From Minisyncoccota bacterium (GTDB lineage: Bacteria; Patescibacteriota; Minisyncoccia; Phycocordibacterales; JBAYGS01), in contig JBAYGS010000003.1 of assembly GCA_041666545.1 (NCBI GenBank), positions 41,086 through 105,085 on the forward strand: a stretch of 64,000 nt of DNA. Direction: 5' to 3'. The notes beneath the pieces are model-generated. The model ran no database searches. It had not been told where the DNA came from and saw nothing but the letters and a program-made list of their open reading frames with translations. Below, piece after piece: positions 44,392 to 53,212 of this stretch (the first letter of the stretch is position 1; each line of letters starts with the position of its first letter). Made by a program: the position numbers and the translations under genes.

Positions 44392-46842
44392 GTGAATCCT
44401 AAATCTACCCCAAAAAGACTGGTTTTACTCGACGCTCACGCGATACTGCACCGCGCTTACCATGCCTTGCCGGAATTTTCTTCAAGCAAAGGGGAACCGA
44501 CCGGGGCACTTTACGGGCTTTCAGCGATGCTCATCAAGATTATTGCTGATTTGAAGCCCGACTATTTGATTGCCGCTTACGATTTACCCAAGCCGACCTA
44601 TCGCCACGAAGCTTTCAAAGACTACAAAGCCGGCCGAGCCAAGGCCGACCCGGAACTGGTGTCGCAAATGAGGCGCTCGCGTGACGTTTTCACCGCTTTT
44701 AATATTCCAATTTATGACAAGGAAGGTTTTGAAGCGGATGACATAATCGGCACAATTGTCGAAAAGCTAACAGCTAAAAGCCAAAAGCTAAAAGCTGATG
44801 TAGACATAGTGATTGCCTCGGGCGACATGGACACCTTGCAGTTGGTTTCGGACGACAAGGTTCGAGTTTATACTCTGAAAAAAGGTATTAAAGACACGAT
44901 TATCTATAACGAAAAAGGTGTTATTGAACGGTTTGGTTTTGGGCCGGAACTTTTGCCGGATTACAAAGGTTTGCGCGGGGACCCGTCGGATAATATTCCG
45001 GGGATAAAAGGAATTGGTGAGAAGACCGCCACGATTTTGATTACCAATTTCGGTTCGGTTGAACAGATTTATAAACAAATTAAAAAAGACGAAAAGCCAT
45101 TACTTAAGGCAGGGATTACGCCCCGAATTGTTGAGCTTCTGAAAACCAACGAAGAAGAGGCGCAATTTTCCAAAATGCTTGGCACAATTCGTAGAGACGC
45201 GCCGATTGACTTCAGATTGCCGGAGCAGACCTGGAAGGAAAGTTTGGACGTTACAAAAACCGAGGAATTGTTCAGCGAACTGGAATTTCGAGCGCTCGGG
45301 ACACGCTTTAAGGAAACTTTAAATAAAGAAGCGCCAAATTCAAAAACCCAGGTTCCAAATAAATCTCAAATCATAAAGTCAGAAAATTCAGAAACTACAC
45401 ACTACTCACTACCCACTACTCACTTACCATCCGACTTCTTCGAAACCTCGCTTGCCCTCTGGGTCGTCAATTCTAACCTGACCAATCCGACCATGGAGGA
45501 TGTTTTGAATTTTGGCCGGACGGATGATTATGAAAAAGCCAAGAAGTTGATTTTTGAAACACTCAGGCAAAGAAAAAGCGAGAGAGTGTATGAGGAAATC
45601 GAGAAACCTTTGATTCCTGTCGTAAAAGCGATGGATGAGCGGGGAGTGAAGATTGATACGGAACTTCTCAAGAAACTTTCGGTTGAATATCATAAGAAAC
45701 TGGATGGCTTGGAAAAAGAAATTCACCAATTGGCCGGTGAGGAATTTAATGTGGCTTCCCCGAAACAATTGGGAGAAATTTTGTTCGTTAAGATGGGCTT
45801 GGCTGGCAAAAGGCAAAAAAAGACTGCAACTGGGGCGTTTTCTACCAAGGAAAGCGAACTTGAAAAATTGCGAGAGTCGCATCCGATTATAAGTTTGATT
45901 TTGGAGTATCGCGAATTTGCCAAATTGCTTTCCACATATATCGACACGATTCCGACTCTGGTGGACAAGAATAACCGGCTACACACGCATTTTTTGCAAG
46001 CCGGCGCCGCGACTGGGCGAATGGCCTCGGAAAATCCGGGTTTGCAAAATATTCCCAACAAAACTGAATTGGGCCGAGCTATTAGACAAGCTTTCGTTGC
46101 CGAAAAAGGTTTTAAACTTTTGGCGCTCGATTATTCGCAGATTGAACTCCGGATTGCCGCGTTTTTGTCGGGCGATAAAAAGTTGATTGAGATTTTTAAG
46201 AACGGCGAAGATGTTCATACAGCGGTGGCGGCGGAAGTTTTCGGTGTGCCGGGCGACAAAGTCCACAAAGATATGCGTCGCAAAGCCAAAGTGATTAATT
46301 TCGGCGTGATGTACGGGATGGGGGTGAATGCGCTTCGGACTAATCTGGGCGCCGGCACAACTCGTGAGGAAGCGCAGAAATTTTACAACGACTATTTTGA
46401 AAAGTTTTCAGGTTTGGCCAAATATTTAGATAAGGTGAAAGCTGAAACCGCGAGACAAGGTTACACCGAAACTTTTTTTGGCCGAAGGCGATATTTTGAA
46501 GGAATTAATTCTAAATTACCGTTTATTCGTGCCGCTGCTGAACGAATGGCGATTAACGCGCCGATTCAAGGCACCGAGGCCGACATTGTGAAGCTCGCGA
46601 TGATTAAAATTTGCGAATACATCAAATCGGAAAAACTTGAGGAACAAGTTTTTCCGATTCTCCAAGTCCATGACGAATTGGTTTATGAAGTTCGCGAGGA
46701 TTTAATTTCCAAAATCGCTCCAGCTATCAAAAAAATTATGGAATCAGTTATTCCACCCGAAAAAGTTGCCGGCATCGTCTGTGTCGCCGAAGCGTCCGAG
46801 GGGGAGAGGTGGGGGGAGATGAAGAAGGTAGAAGGTATATAG
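44392..46842 (+). CDS. polA: DNA polymerase I (5'-3' exonuclease + polymerase domains)
   Basis: 816 aa. N-terminal 5'-3' exo (LVLLDAHAILHRAYHALP; GIGEKTA). C-terminal pol motifs (LALDYSQIELRIAA; YGMGVNAL; QVHDELVYEV). The linker carries in-frame repeat-derived insertions. Confidence 0.93.
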   Translation: MNPKSTPKRLVLLDAHAILHRAYHALPEFSSSKGEPTGALYGLSAMLIKIIADLKPDYLIAAYDLPKPTYRHEAFKDYKAGRAKADPELVSQMRRSRDVFTAFNIPIYDKEGFEADDIIGTIVEKLTAKSQKLKADVDIVIASGDMDTLQLVSDDKVRVYTLKKGIKDTIIYNEKGVIERFGFGPELLPDYKGLRGDPSDNIPGIKGIGEKTATILITNFGSVEQIYKQIKKDEKPLLKAGITPRIVELLKTNEEEAQFSKMLGTIRRDAPIDFRLPEQTWKESLDVTKTEELFSELEFRALGTRFKETLNKEAPNSKTQVPNKSQIIKSENSETTHYSLPTTHLPSDFFETSLALWVVNSNLTNPTMEDVLNFGRTDDYEKAKKLIFETLRQRKSERVYEEIEKPLIPVVKAMDERGVKIDTELLKKLSVEYHKKLDGLEKEIHQLAGEEFNVASPKQLGEILFVKMGLAGKRQKKTATGAFSTKESELEKLRESHPIISLILEYREFAKLLSTYIDTIPTLVDKNNRLHTHFLQAGAATGRMASENPGLQNIPNKTELGRAIRQAFVAEKGFKLLALDYSQIELRIAAFLSGDKKLIEIFKNGEDVHTAVAAEVFGVPGDKVHKDMRRKAKVINFGVMYGMGVNALRTNLGAGTTREEAQKFYNDYFEKFSGLAKYLDKVKAETARQGYTETFFGRRRYFEGINSKLPFIRAAAERMAINAPIQGTEADIVKLAMIKICEYIKSEKLEEQVFPILQVHDELVYEVREDLISKIAPAIKKIMESVIPPEKVAGIVCVAEASEGERWGEMKKVEGI
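45395..45428. repeat. family-A repeat inside the polA coding sequence, in frame
   Basis: actacacactactcactacccactactcacttacc encodes TTHYSLPTTHLP in the exo-pol linker. Confidence 0.75.
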
Positions 46843-46865
46843 TATTAAGTATATGGTATAAAAAA

Positions 46866-46890
46866 CCGAAGCGGGTAGCGCTTCGGGGGT
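46866..46890 (-). terminator. rho-independent terminator for the minus-strand gene 46895-47158
   Basis: On the minus strand ccgaagcgctacccgcttcgg is followed by tttttt. Confidence 0.5.
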
Positions 46891-46894
46891 GTTG

Positions 46895-47158
46895 CTAAGA
46901 TAATCGGCGTGCTTTTCGGACAAGGCGAAAAGTTCCAACTGGTGCAGTGCAGAGACCAAACGGCACATTTGCTAAATTTGAGCTTCTTGTTTTATCACTC
47001 AAAATTCTGGCGAGATTTGCCAGACACAAGTCCGCTTCTTTGGCGTTGGGATTCTGTTTCAAGTCTGCTTCAATCGCAATTCTTAACTCCTTTGCGATTC
47101 CGGGGCTGTATTTCTTGGCGATTTCCGCTATATATCTTTTTGCTTTTTTACTAATCAT
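46895..47158 (-). CDS. small hypothetical basic protein
   Basis: 87 aa complete ORF with a terminator downstream on the minus strand. Confidence 0.3.
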   Translation of the reverse strand: MISKKAKRYIAEIAKKYSPGIAKELRIAIEADLKQNPNAKEADLCLANLARILSDKTRSSNLANVPFGLCTAPVGTFRLVRKARRLS

Positions 47159-47308
47159 AGAACCTCCAGGTTGGGCCTGAATTTAGCTTAACACCTTAAA
47201 TATTTTAAGCAACGGCTCGCAAGGACTGGCTCGTAGGAGCGGTTCTTGCGGTAGAAAATAAAAGCCGTCCGAAGCGGACGGCGCGATGAGAGCGACTTGG
47301 TTGTTGGG

Positions 47309-47716
47309 CTATCGAAGCAAAAGAAAGGCGGCGAGACCAGCACACAAATAGCCGATTAATCTTTTGGGACTGAGGTCGCCGGACATGACTGTTTGGTATG
47401 TGGCGATCACGGCGATCTGTACCATGACGGTGGCCATAAACAAAGTACCCGCCTCTTTCAGGGTTGCTTGCGTTATTACACTGTTGAAAGCCATGACTCC
47501 TACGGCACCAAATATTCCGCCGGCCAAAATCATCAGCCACTTAGCTTTAGTCAGGTCCTCAAGTTGGTTTATGGCTGGTAGTGAGACGATTGCAAGAACC
47601 ACGGCGGTGAAGATCCCTGTGGCGATATTGCTCCGTAGACCGCTACGATTCATAAAGAGGGGCCAGATAGCGAAGCAAAATCCTGCCACGGCAACTTTCA
47701 AAGCTACATTACGCAT
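47309..47716 (-). CDS. small 4-TM membrane protein (EamA/DMT-like half-transporter?)
   Basis: 135 aa, four hydrophobic helices. Family assignment tentative. Confidence 0.3.
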   Translation of the reverse strand: MRNVALKVAVAGFCFAIWPLFMNRSGLRSNIATGIFTAVVLAIVSLPAINQLEDLTKAKWLMILAGGIFGAVGVMAFNSVITQATLKEAGTLFMATVMVQIAVIATYQTVMSGDLSPKRLIGYLCAGLAAFLLLR

Positions 47717-47881
47717 GTTTCCTTTTCAGTGTGGTTTTTCTATTTTCAGATTAGTCTTAAACTCAGCACCTGTCAACAAAAGCTCCTGACTTATAGTAGG
47801 CACACGCAAGAACGGTTCTCGCGGTAGGCAATGAAAAACCGCCCGAGGGTTGCCGGGGCGGCTTAAGGGTTTTTAAATTGC

Positions 47882-48091
47882 TCACTCTCGGCCTAACAGT
47901 TTGTTGGTGACTGTGACTGCGAGTTTCCAAATTAGACAGAGGGCGCCACCAATAGTTAGCATTGTCGTGATTACTGTGGCTGCAATTTTTGCCCATTCAG
48001 TGTCCGGAGAAAAATCACCGAAAAAAGGGAAGGCAATTAGAATTAAGACGAAAATGACACCGAAGCCCGCGATGAATCCAAAAAGCTTCAT
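47882..48091 (-). CDS. small 2-TM membrane protein
   Basis: 69 aa with two hydrophobic helices. Confidence 0.25.
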   Translation of the reverse strand: MKLFGFIAGFGVIFVLILIAFPFFGDFSPDTEWAKIAATVITTMLTIGGALCLIWKLAVTVTNKLLGRE

Positions 48092-48240
48092 ATTTTATAT
48101 GTCGGAAGAACTGTTTCCGGGACAAGTCTAACGAAATTGTTGTAATTGGCAAGGTGTAAGACTGGACAGGTGGGTATGGTTGACATTTTTAATATTAAAT
48201 GTAGGCTGAAAGAGGAAACCTTAAAGAAAGTGAGTTAAAA

Positions 48241-48564
48241 ATGACCGCAACAATCCCCGAGAGTTTGTGTGACCACATGTTTAGTTGTTTAGGGGGCAAG
48301 CTTAATGCCTCTCCGGCGAATAATCCCTGTGGCCACTCCCGCGACGCCTATTTTACCATTGTTCCTGAGGCTCCGGTCTCGGGCGCCACCATTACAGAGA
48401 AGTTGATTGGTTATTATCGTGGCGTCGGCGCTAATGTGGAGATTTGTACCAGCTTTTGTTTTGAAGTCACTTTGAGAGACGGGACCAAGCTTTGGGTTTC
48501 GGTCTCGAATTACTCCGACGACGGGAGGGGCAAGATCATTTTTAGCGTCGAGGTTATGAGGTGA
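48241..48564 (+). CDS. hypothetical protein
   Basis: 107 aa ORF followed by a strong terminator at 48573-48608. Confidence 0.3.
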   Translation: MTATIPESLCDHMFSCLGGKLNASPANNPCGHSRDAYFTIVPEAPVSGATITEKLIGYYRGVGANVEICTSFCFEVTLRDGTKLWVSVSNYSDDGRGKIIFSVEVMR

Positions 48565-48572
48565 ATTTTATA

Positions 48573-48608
48573 AAACCGACAGTGGCAAATTGTCGGTTTT
48601 TTTCTTTT
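48573..48608 (+). terminator. rho-independent terminator
   Basis: aaaaccgacag-tggcaaat-tgtcggttttttt. Confidence 0.7.
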
Positions 48609-48658
48609 CACTATTTTTTATACTATATACCTAATACTTTATACTATATACTTTACCT

Positions 48659-49348
48659 ATGCTTCTTTTCCTCTACGGCGAAAATAAGGACAAAGCGCGA
48701 GAGAAAGCTCGTGAGTTAATGGAAAGTTTGGCTAAGAAGCGCCCGGAGGCGTCGCTTTTTAAACTGGAAACTGATGGTTTTGATTTGGCCAAACTTGAGG
48801 AGCTGGTTCTAGGGCAAGGACTTTTCTCGAATAAGTACATTGTTTTTCTCGACTCACTTTTTGAAGATGCTGAAATCAAAGAGCAAGTTCTAAAATTTTA
48901 TAAAGAAATCGGCGCTTCCGAAAATGCTTTCATCTGGCTGGAAGGGAAAGTCGACAAGGCGACTCTAACTAAACTCGAAAAAGTTGCTGAGAAGGTTCAG
49001 AAATTTGAAAGTGGTGAAGGGAAGGCGAGAAAATTCGGCCTGGGTGGCGGTCAAGCAGTTTCCCTTAATGATTTTAATATCTTTGATTTGGCTAGTGTTT
49101 TGGCTAGGCGTGATCGACGACAACTTTGGCTCCTGTACCGCGAGGCAATTTCGAAAGACTTTCCACCGGAAGAAATTTGTGGAATTTTGTTTTGGAAACT
49201 AAAAGATTTACTCACCAAAGGGAATAGCAGTTTTGAAAAGGCCGAAATTAAAAAAATGGCTGAAAAATTGGTTTCAATCTATCACGACGCTCATCGAGGT
49301 AAGCTGGACTTTGAAATTTCCCTCGAGAAGTTTGTTTTAACGGTTTAA
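48659..49348 (+). CDS. holA: DNA polymerase III delta subunit-like (HolA-like, short)
   Basis: 229 aa. MLLFLYGENKDKAREKARELMESL...LFSNKYIVFLDSLFEDA resembles the HolA N-terminus (lyGee..l, L..~r~vv~~). Short for holA. Confidence 0.5.
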   Translation: MLLFLYGENKDKAREKARELMESLAKKRPEASLFKLETDGFDLAKLEELVLGQGLFSNKYIVFLDSLFEDAEIKEQVLKFYKEIGASENAFIWLEGKVDKATLTKLEKVAEKVQKFESGEGKARKFGLGGGQAVSLNDFNIFDLASVLARRDRRQLWLLYREAISKDFPPEEICGILFWKLKDLLTKGNSSFEKAEIKKMAEKLVSIYHDAHRGKLDFEISLEKFVLTV

Positions 49349-49473
49349 ACTGGTTAGTTTTTGTTGCCGCTGTACCAAAGCGGTTTTTTGTTCTTTAAAA
49401 ATATTTAGGTAACTAACTGCCTCAAACGAGGTTAAAGCTAGTAGACAGTTCCTAATCTCAAACCGAAAAAATT

Positions 49474-50469
49474 ATGAATCAAACCGAACTCAATCAAATT
49501 GCGGAAATTTATGGCCTAGGCCGAATTCAGTCGGCTGTGAAAAATGAAAAAGGCCTGGTGAATGATACCTACTATCTCAAGACGGACCGGGGTCATTTTA
49601 TGGCGCAAAAGTTAAATCCGATTTTCACCGAAGCAGTGGTCGAGGATCACGATGTCGTGGCTAGGCACCTTCTACTCAACGACTTTCTGGCCCCCAAGAT
49701 TGTGGAAGTCAGAGACAATGTGCTGTCGGCTAGAATCAGCGGCGCCCTTTGGAAAGTGTGCTACTACATCCCACATGATGAAGATGTAAAGGTGAGTGAC
49801 AAGACTGTGGTTGAGGCGGCCGCCGCACTCGGTAGATTCCACGGGATAATGGGCTGTTGCCCGCTTCAGCCGAAGTTTAAAATCCCAAATTTCCACGAGA
49901 CTCGGAAGATAATCGAGAAGCTCTCCCGCGTTTTCTTAAGTGAGGAGTATGCCGAGAAGGCGATGTGGGTGACGGAAATTTATCACGATATTGTTGGCTC
50001 AATCACGAAGCATTATTTGCCGACCGATTTGTCTCCGACTCTAATTCACGGCGATCCAAAGTTCGACAATTTTCTTTTTCGTGATGGGGAAGTAGTTGGG
50101 ATGTTTGATCTTGATACCGTGATGCTTGGTCACGAGCTTCTGGATCTGGGCGATGCCTTTCGCAGTTGGTGTCGTGAAAGCAAAACCGAGTTTAACCTGA
50201 ATCGGTTTAACTTAGCTCTTAAAGCTTATCGATCGAAACATAACTTGTGGTGGCGAGGAGGAAAGCTTATCGGGGATGATCTGGTTAAAGATGCGGTGGC
50301 ACTGATTACCCTTGAACTGGCGGCCCGCTACCTCATCGACTACTTCGAAGAAACCTACTTCGATTGGAAAAAATATAAGTATCGCTCGCGAGCCGAGCAA
50401 AATCTCAGTCGCACCAAACGCTATTTGGCCTATTACCACAATATGCAGAAAGCGTTTGGGATGGAGTAG
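49474..50469 (+). CDS. phosphotransferase family protein (APH/choline-kinase-like)
   Basis: 331 aa. Brenner/catalytic motif HGDPKFDNFLF...GMFDLDTVMLGHELLDLGDAF is typical of aminoglycoside phosphotransferase / homoserine kinase II-like kinases. Confidence 0.7.
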   Translation: MNQTELNQIAEIYGLGRIQSAVKNEKGLVNDTYYLKTDRGHFMAQKLNPIFTEAVVEDHDVVARHLLLNDFLAPKIVEVRDNVLSARISGALWKVCYYIPHDEDVKVSDKTVVEAAAALGRFHGIMGCCPLQPKFKIPNFHETRKIIEKLSRVFLSEEYAEKAMWVTEIYHDIVGSITKHYLPTDLSPTLIHGDPKFDNFLFRDGEVVGMFDLDTVMLGHELLDLGDAFRSWCRESKTEFNLNRFNLALKAYRSKHNLWWRGGKLIGDDLVKDAVALITLELAARYLIDYFEETYFDWKKYKYRSRAEQNLSRTKRYLAYYHNMQKAFGME

Positions 50470-50479
50470 GGAAAACAAA

Positions 50480-50990
50480 ACTCGTCTTGGGAAAGATGGG
50501 TTTTTTAAATCCAAAAGCCGAGATCTAATCTTGTCGGCCACAACTCTCGCTTTGCCGTCGCAAAGCTCGGTCGCAGCCCCCGCCTCGCGGCCTCGCCTGC
50601 TGGCTCGGCATCGCACCGCAAGGGTACTTCCAATTTCTAACTCGCATAGCTCGAAGAAATTTAGGTCGCTCCGGCTCGGACAAGTATCGAAATCGGACTT
50701 GTCGTCACAAATATTTTGTTCGCCGTCGCTCACAAAATTTTCTGACCACGCCTCGGCTGTTTTGCTTGCTCACAAAACATGCCTCCGGCTCGGACAAGTA
50801 TCGAAAAAAGCGGAGCAGTCCGCTTTTTTCTATCTTGTCCGCCCGGTAGGAAGTTCGACCCTTACAGGGTCAGTGCCCTGTTTGGATTTTTCTTGCGCGT
50901 GAGAAAGCTTAGAAAAATGCTCAAACAGGCTTCGATTCCTACACGGAGACATAACATGTCTCCTCGGGCGGACCATTCCGCTTCGCTACA
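50480..50990. repeat. tRNA-Lys 3' flank: mosaic of conserved hairpins (loop tcgccgtcgc), a duplicated ctccggctcggacaagtatcgaaa motif, and a partial tRNA-Lys 3'-end copy
   Basis: gtccgcccggtaggaagttcgaccc at 50838-50862 resembles the tRNA 3' end gtccgcccggtaggaatcgaacc at 50994-51016. The repeat ctccggctcggacaagtatcgaaa occurs at 50661 and 50783. Confidence 0.55.
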
Positions 50991-50993
50991 TAG

Positions 50994-51066
50994 TCCGCCC
51001 GGTAGGAATCGAACCTACGACCTTCTCCTTAAAAGGGAGCCGCTCTACCAACTGAGCTACGGGCGG
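50994..51066 (-). tRNA. tRNA-Lys (anticodon UUU)
   Basis: Hand-folded from the minus strand: GCCCGUAGCUCAGUUGGUAGAGCGGCUCCCUUUUAAGGAG...GGUUCGAUUCCUACCGGGCGG. Acceptor stem pairs. Anticodon loop CUUUUAA. CCA not encoded. Confidence 0.8.
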
Positions 51067-51146
51067 ATAAAAAAGTAGAAGAACTATATCAAAAAATAGT
51101 TCTTTGTCCAATTACTATAAACTATAAACTAGCTGCTACCAGTCGA

Positions 51147-51578
51147 CTAAAGCGGCAAATCAAAGGCGAGAAAACCCGGGCCGCTAACTAAAAGTGAAAG
51201 CAAGATTACGATGAGTAGTAAGTAAACCCGCTTATTGTAAACAATTGCACCGGCCCATCTCGGAGTTTTGGATTTCAATGCTTGAATTAGCAAAATCAAA
51301 ATCAAAACTAAGGCAACTGGTTGGGTGAATAATCCGATAACCAAAAAAATTCCGCCCAAAACCTCTAAGAGGGCAATTATTCTGGCCAGAATTGATTTTG
51401 GGGCCGAGAGACTCCTGTAAAGCTGGTAACCGGAATAAATAATAATCAAACCGGCCACGATCCGAAGAAGCGTCGGTCCGGCGAGTCCGTAGGTCAATAA
51501 ATTTGGAAAAATACTTAACATGGCATTATGATAGCATAATGAATAATCAATAACCAAGAAACAATAACCAAGAAACAA
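51147..51578 (-). CDS. DoxX family membrane protein (likely start at internal Met, MLSIFPN)
   Basis: 4 TM helices. LLRIVAGLIIIYSGYQL...GGIFLVIGLFTQ is DoxX-like. Confidence 0.55.
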   Translation of the reverse strand: MFLGYCFLVIDYSLCYHNAMLSIFPNLLTYGLAGPTLLRIVAGLIIIYSGYQLYRSLSAPKSILARIIALLEVLGGIFLVIGLFTQPVALVLILILLIQALKSKTPRWAGAIVYNKRVYLLLIVILLSLLVSGPGFLAFDLPL

Positions 51579-51655
51579 TAACCAAGGTAAGTAGACGCTA
51601 CCGAGTATTGTTAATCGGAATTTGTTCGGTTATTGTTTCTTGGTCATTGGTGATT
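51546..51655. repeat. family-B palindromic unit (3x caataaccaagaaa, then ttattgtttcttggtcattg)
   Basis: Long imperfect inverted repeat in the divergent intergenic region between the DoxX and SpoU genes. Confidence 0.7.
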
Positions 51656-52161
51656 GTGGAGTGATTTTATATTTAATTATGTCAAAACAAAAAAAAGAAG
51701 TTTGTCTCGTGCTAGACAATATCCGAAGTGTCTATAATGTTGGCGCGATTTTTCGGACTGCCGACGCTTTGGCTGTTGATAAAATCTATTTAGTCGGTGT
51801 GACACCTGCGCCGATTGATCGTTTTGGCCGATTTCGCAAAGATTTGGCTAAATCTGCTTTGGGTGCGGAGAAGAGTGTGGCTTGGGAATCGGTTTCGACC
51901 CTGACTGTTGTCTTAAAAAAACTAAAAAAAGCTGATTATCAATTGATTGCGGTCGAACAAGGCAACGGTTCAGTTGATTATAAAAAGGTAAAGATTAAAG
52001 CAAAAGTTGCTTTTGTCGTGGGTGAAGAAACCAAGGGAATCACTAAAAAATCTTTAGCTCTTTGCGATTTAGTAGCCGAAATCCCGATGCGTGGCCAAAA
52101 AGAGTCGCTCAATGTTTCCGTGGCGACCGGAGTGGCGCTTTTTAGAATTCTGAATCAGTAG
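51622..52161 (+). CDS. SpoU/TrmH family RNA 2'-O-methyltransferase
   Basis: DNIRSVYNVGAIFRTADALAVDKIYLVG and the C-terminal LNVSVATGVALF are SPOUT class motifs. Probable start at MSKQKK (51679). Confidence 0.8.
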   Translation: MFGYCFLVIGDCGVILYLIMSKQKKEVCLVLDNIRSVYNVGAIFRTADALAVDKIYLVGVTPAPIDRFGRFRKDLAKSALGAEKSVAWESVSTLTVVLKKLKKADYQLIAVEQGNGSVDYKKVKIKAKVAFVVGEETKGITKKSLALCDLVAEIPMRGQKESLNVSVATGVALFRILNQ

Positions 52162-53159
52162 CTTGAGATATCGACCGTGTTGCCGGCCGAGTCAATAAGT
52201 TTAATGATTTCTCGTTTGCTTTTCCAAATTTCGTCGGTGCGATTTAAGAAAACCCGCCATTCGGAGGTCGAGTAAAAATCGGTGTCGTTTAGGTGATCGT
52301 CGACACAACCGTTGTAATTAAAGTGAGCCGTGATGAAGTCTTGGCAGGTGTTGCCGGCTTTGAACGGAAAAATCTCAGTTGGCATCTGACAGAGACTGAT
52401 TCTGTCAATGTAGTCGCGACAAGTGTCATTGAAGCTTTGCGGGTCAAGCGGGATGTTGGCGTCTCTGGCGGCCGGACATTGATAGTTGATTATTGGGGTG
52501 AAGGTCTGGAATTGGTTAAGGTAGCCTGAACATTTGTTCCCACGGAAAGAATAGCCGACCGGCGACCGACCGGTTGAGATGATCGCTCGTTCACCCGGTG
52601 TAAGGACAATAGCGCCTTCAGAGTTTAATTGGCCGGAACGAAAGATTTGGGTGCCACCGCCAATAGGATAACCGTTACCGGTTGCGCCACTGGCAATTTT
52701 CCACCCGGTAATATTAACCCCTTTGGCATTATTGCTGGCGGCCCTGATTGTGATGTATTCCTGTTGCGGGTTAGAGGCAATAGCGCCATAGGTGCTATCT
52801 ATTAAGACCAAATCGGCGTAAACCGAAATACCTTTGTCTGGCAAAATGTCCGCTACAGCCGAAGCTGGCCCGGTAGGAGTTTGGGGTGCTTGATTATTGT
52901 TGGTTTGGCCGGTGTTCGAATCGGTCGGGCCGGTACCGCCACTACCGACTAGACCTTCCAAAGGTTTGGGTAGACTGCCATAGCCGGTGCTGTTTTCGCC
53001 AATAGTTGTGGGTGGGATGAGATACGGTCCTTGAGTGGCAATTGGTCGGTTATAGCCACCGGTCCAAACCCAGGCGATGATGATGAGAATCATGATGGCC
53101 ACCAAAGACATAAAGTCTTTGCCGGCGCTTTGAGTTGGTTTAGTTTTTTTATCGGCCAT
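52155..53159 (-). CDS. membrane-anchored lamin-tail-domain (LTD)-like protein
   Basis: N-terminal TM, Gly/Thr-rich linker, then EYITIRAASNNAKGVNITGWKIASGATGNGYPIGGG, which resembles LTD sequences. Confidence 0.45.
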   Translation of the reverse strand: MADKKTKPTQSAGKDFMSLVAIMILIIIAWVWTGGYNRPIATQGPYLIPPTTIGENSTGYGSLPKPLEGLVGSGGTGPTDSNTGQTNNNQAPQTPTGPASAVADILPDKGISVYADLVLIDSTYGAIASNPQQEYITIRAASNNAKGVNITGWKIASGATGNGYPIGGGTQIFRSGQLNSEGAIVLTPGERAIISTGRSPVGYSFRGNKCSGYLNQFQTFTPIINYQCPAARDANIPLDPQSFNDTCRDYIDRISLCQMPTEIFPFKAGNTCQDFITAHFNYNGCVDDHLNDTDFYSTSEWRVFLNRTDEIWKSKREIIKLIDSAGNTVDISSY

Positions 53160-53212
53160 CGAAATAGTATTAGGTATATAGTATTAAGTATATAGTATGG
53201 GGAAAGAAAAAT

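Noticed and set aside
44788-46266. Minus-strand ORFs inside polA (96-152 aa)
   Set aside because: Antisense to a highly conserved 816 aa polA frame. Phe/Asn-rich translations are typical of antisense AT-rich coding DNA.
50312-51078. ORFs 50312-50902 (196 aa) and 50779-51078 (99 aa)
   Set aside because: They overlap the tRNA-Lys gene and its hairpin/repeat-rich flank. The translated sequences are low-complexity (Ser/Arg/Leu-rich) and read through tRNA sequence, so the region is non-coding.
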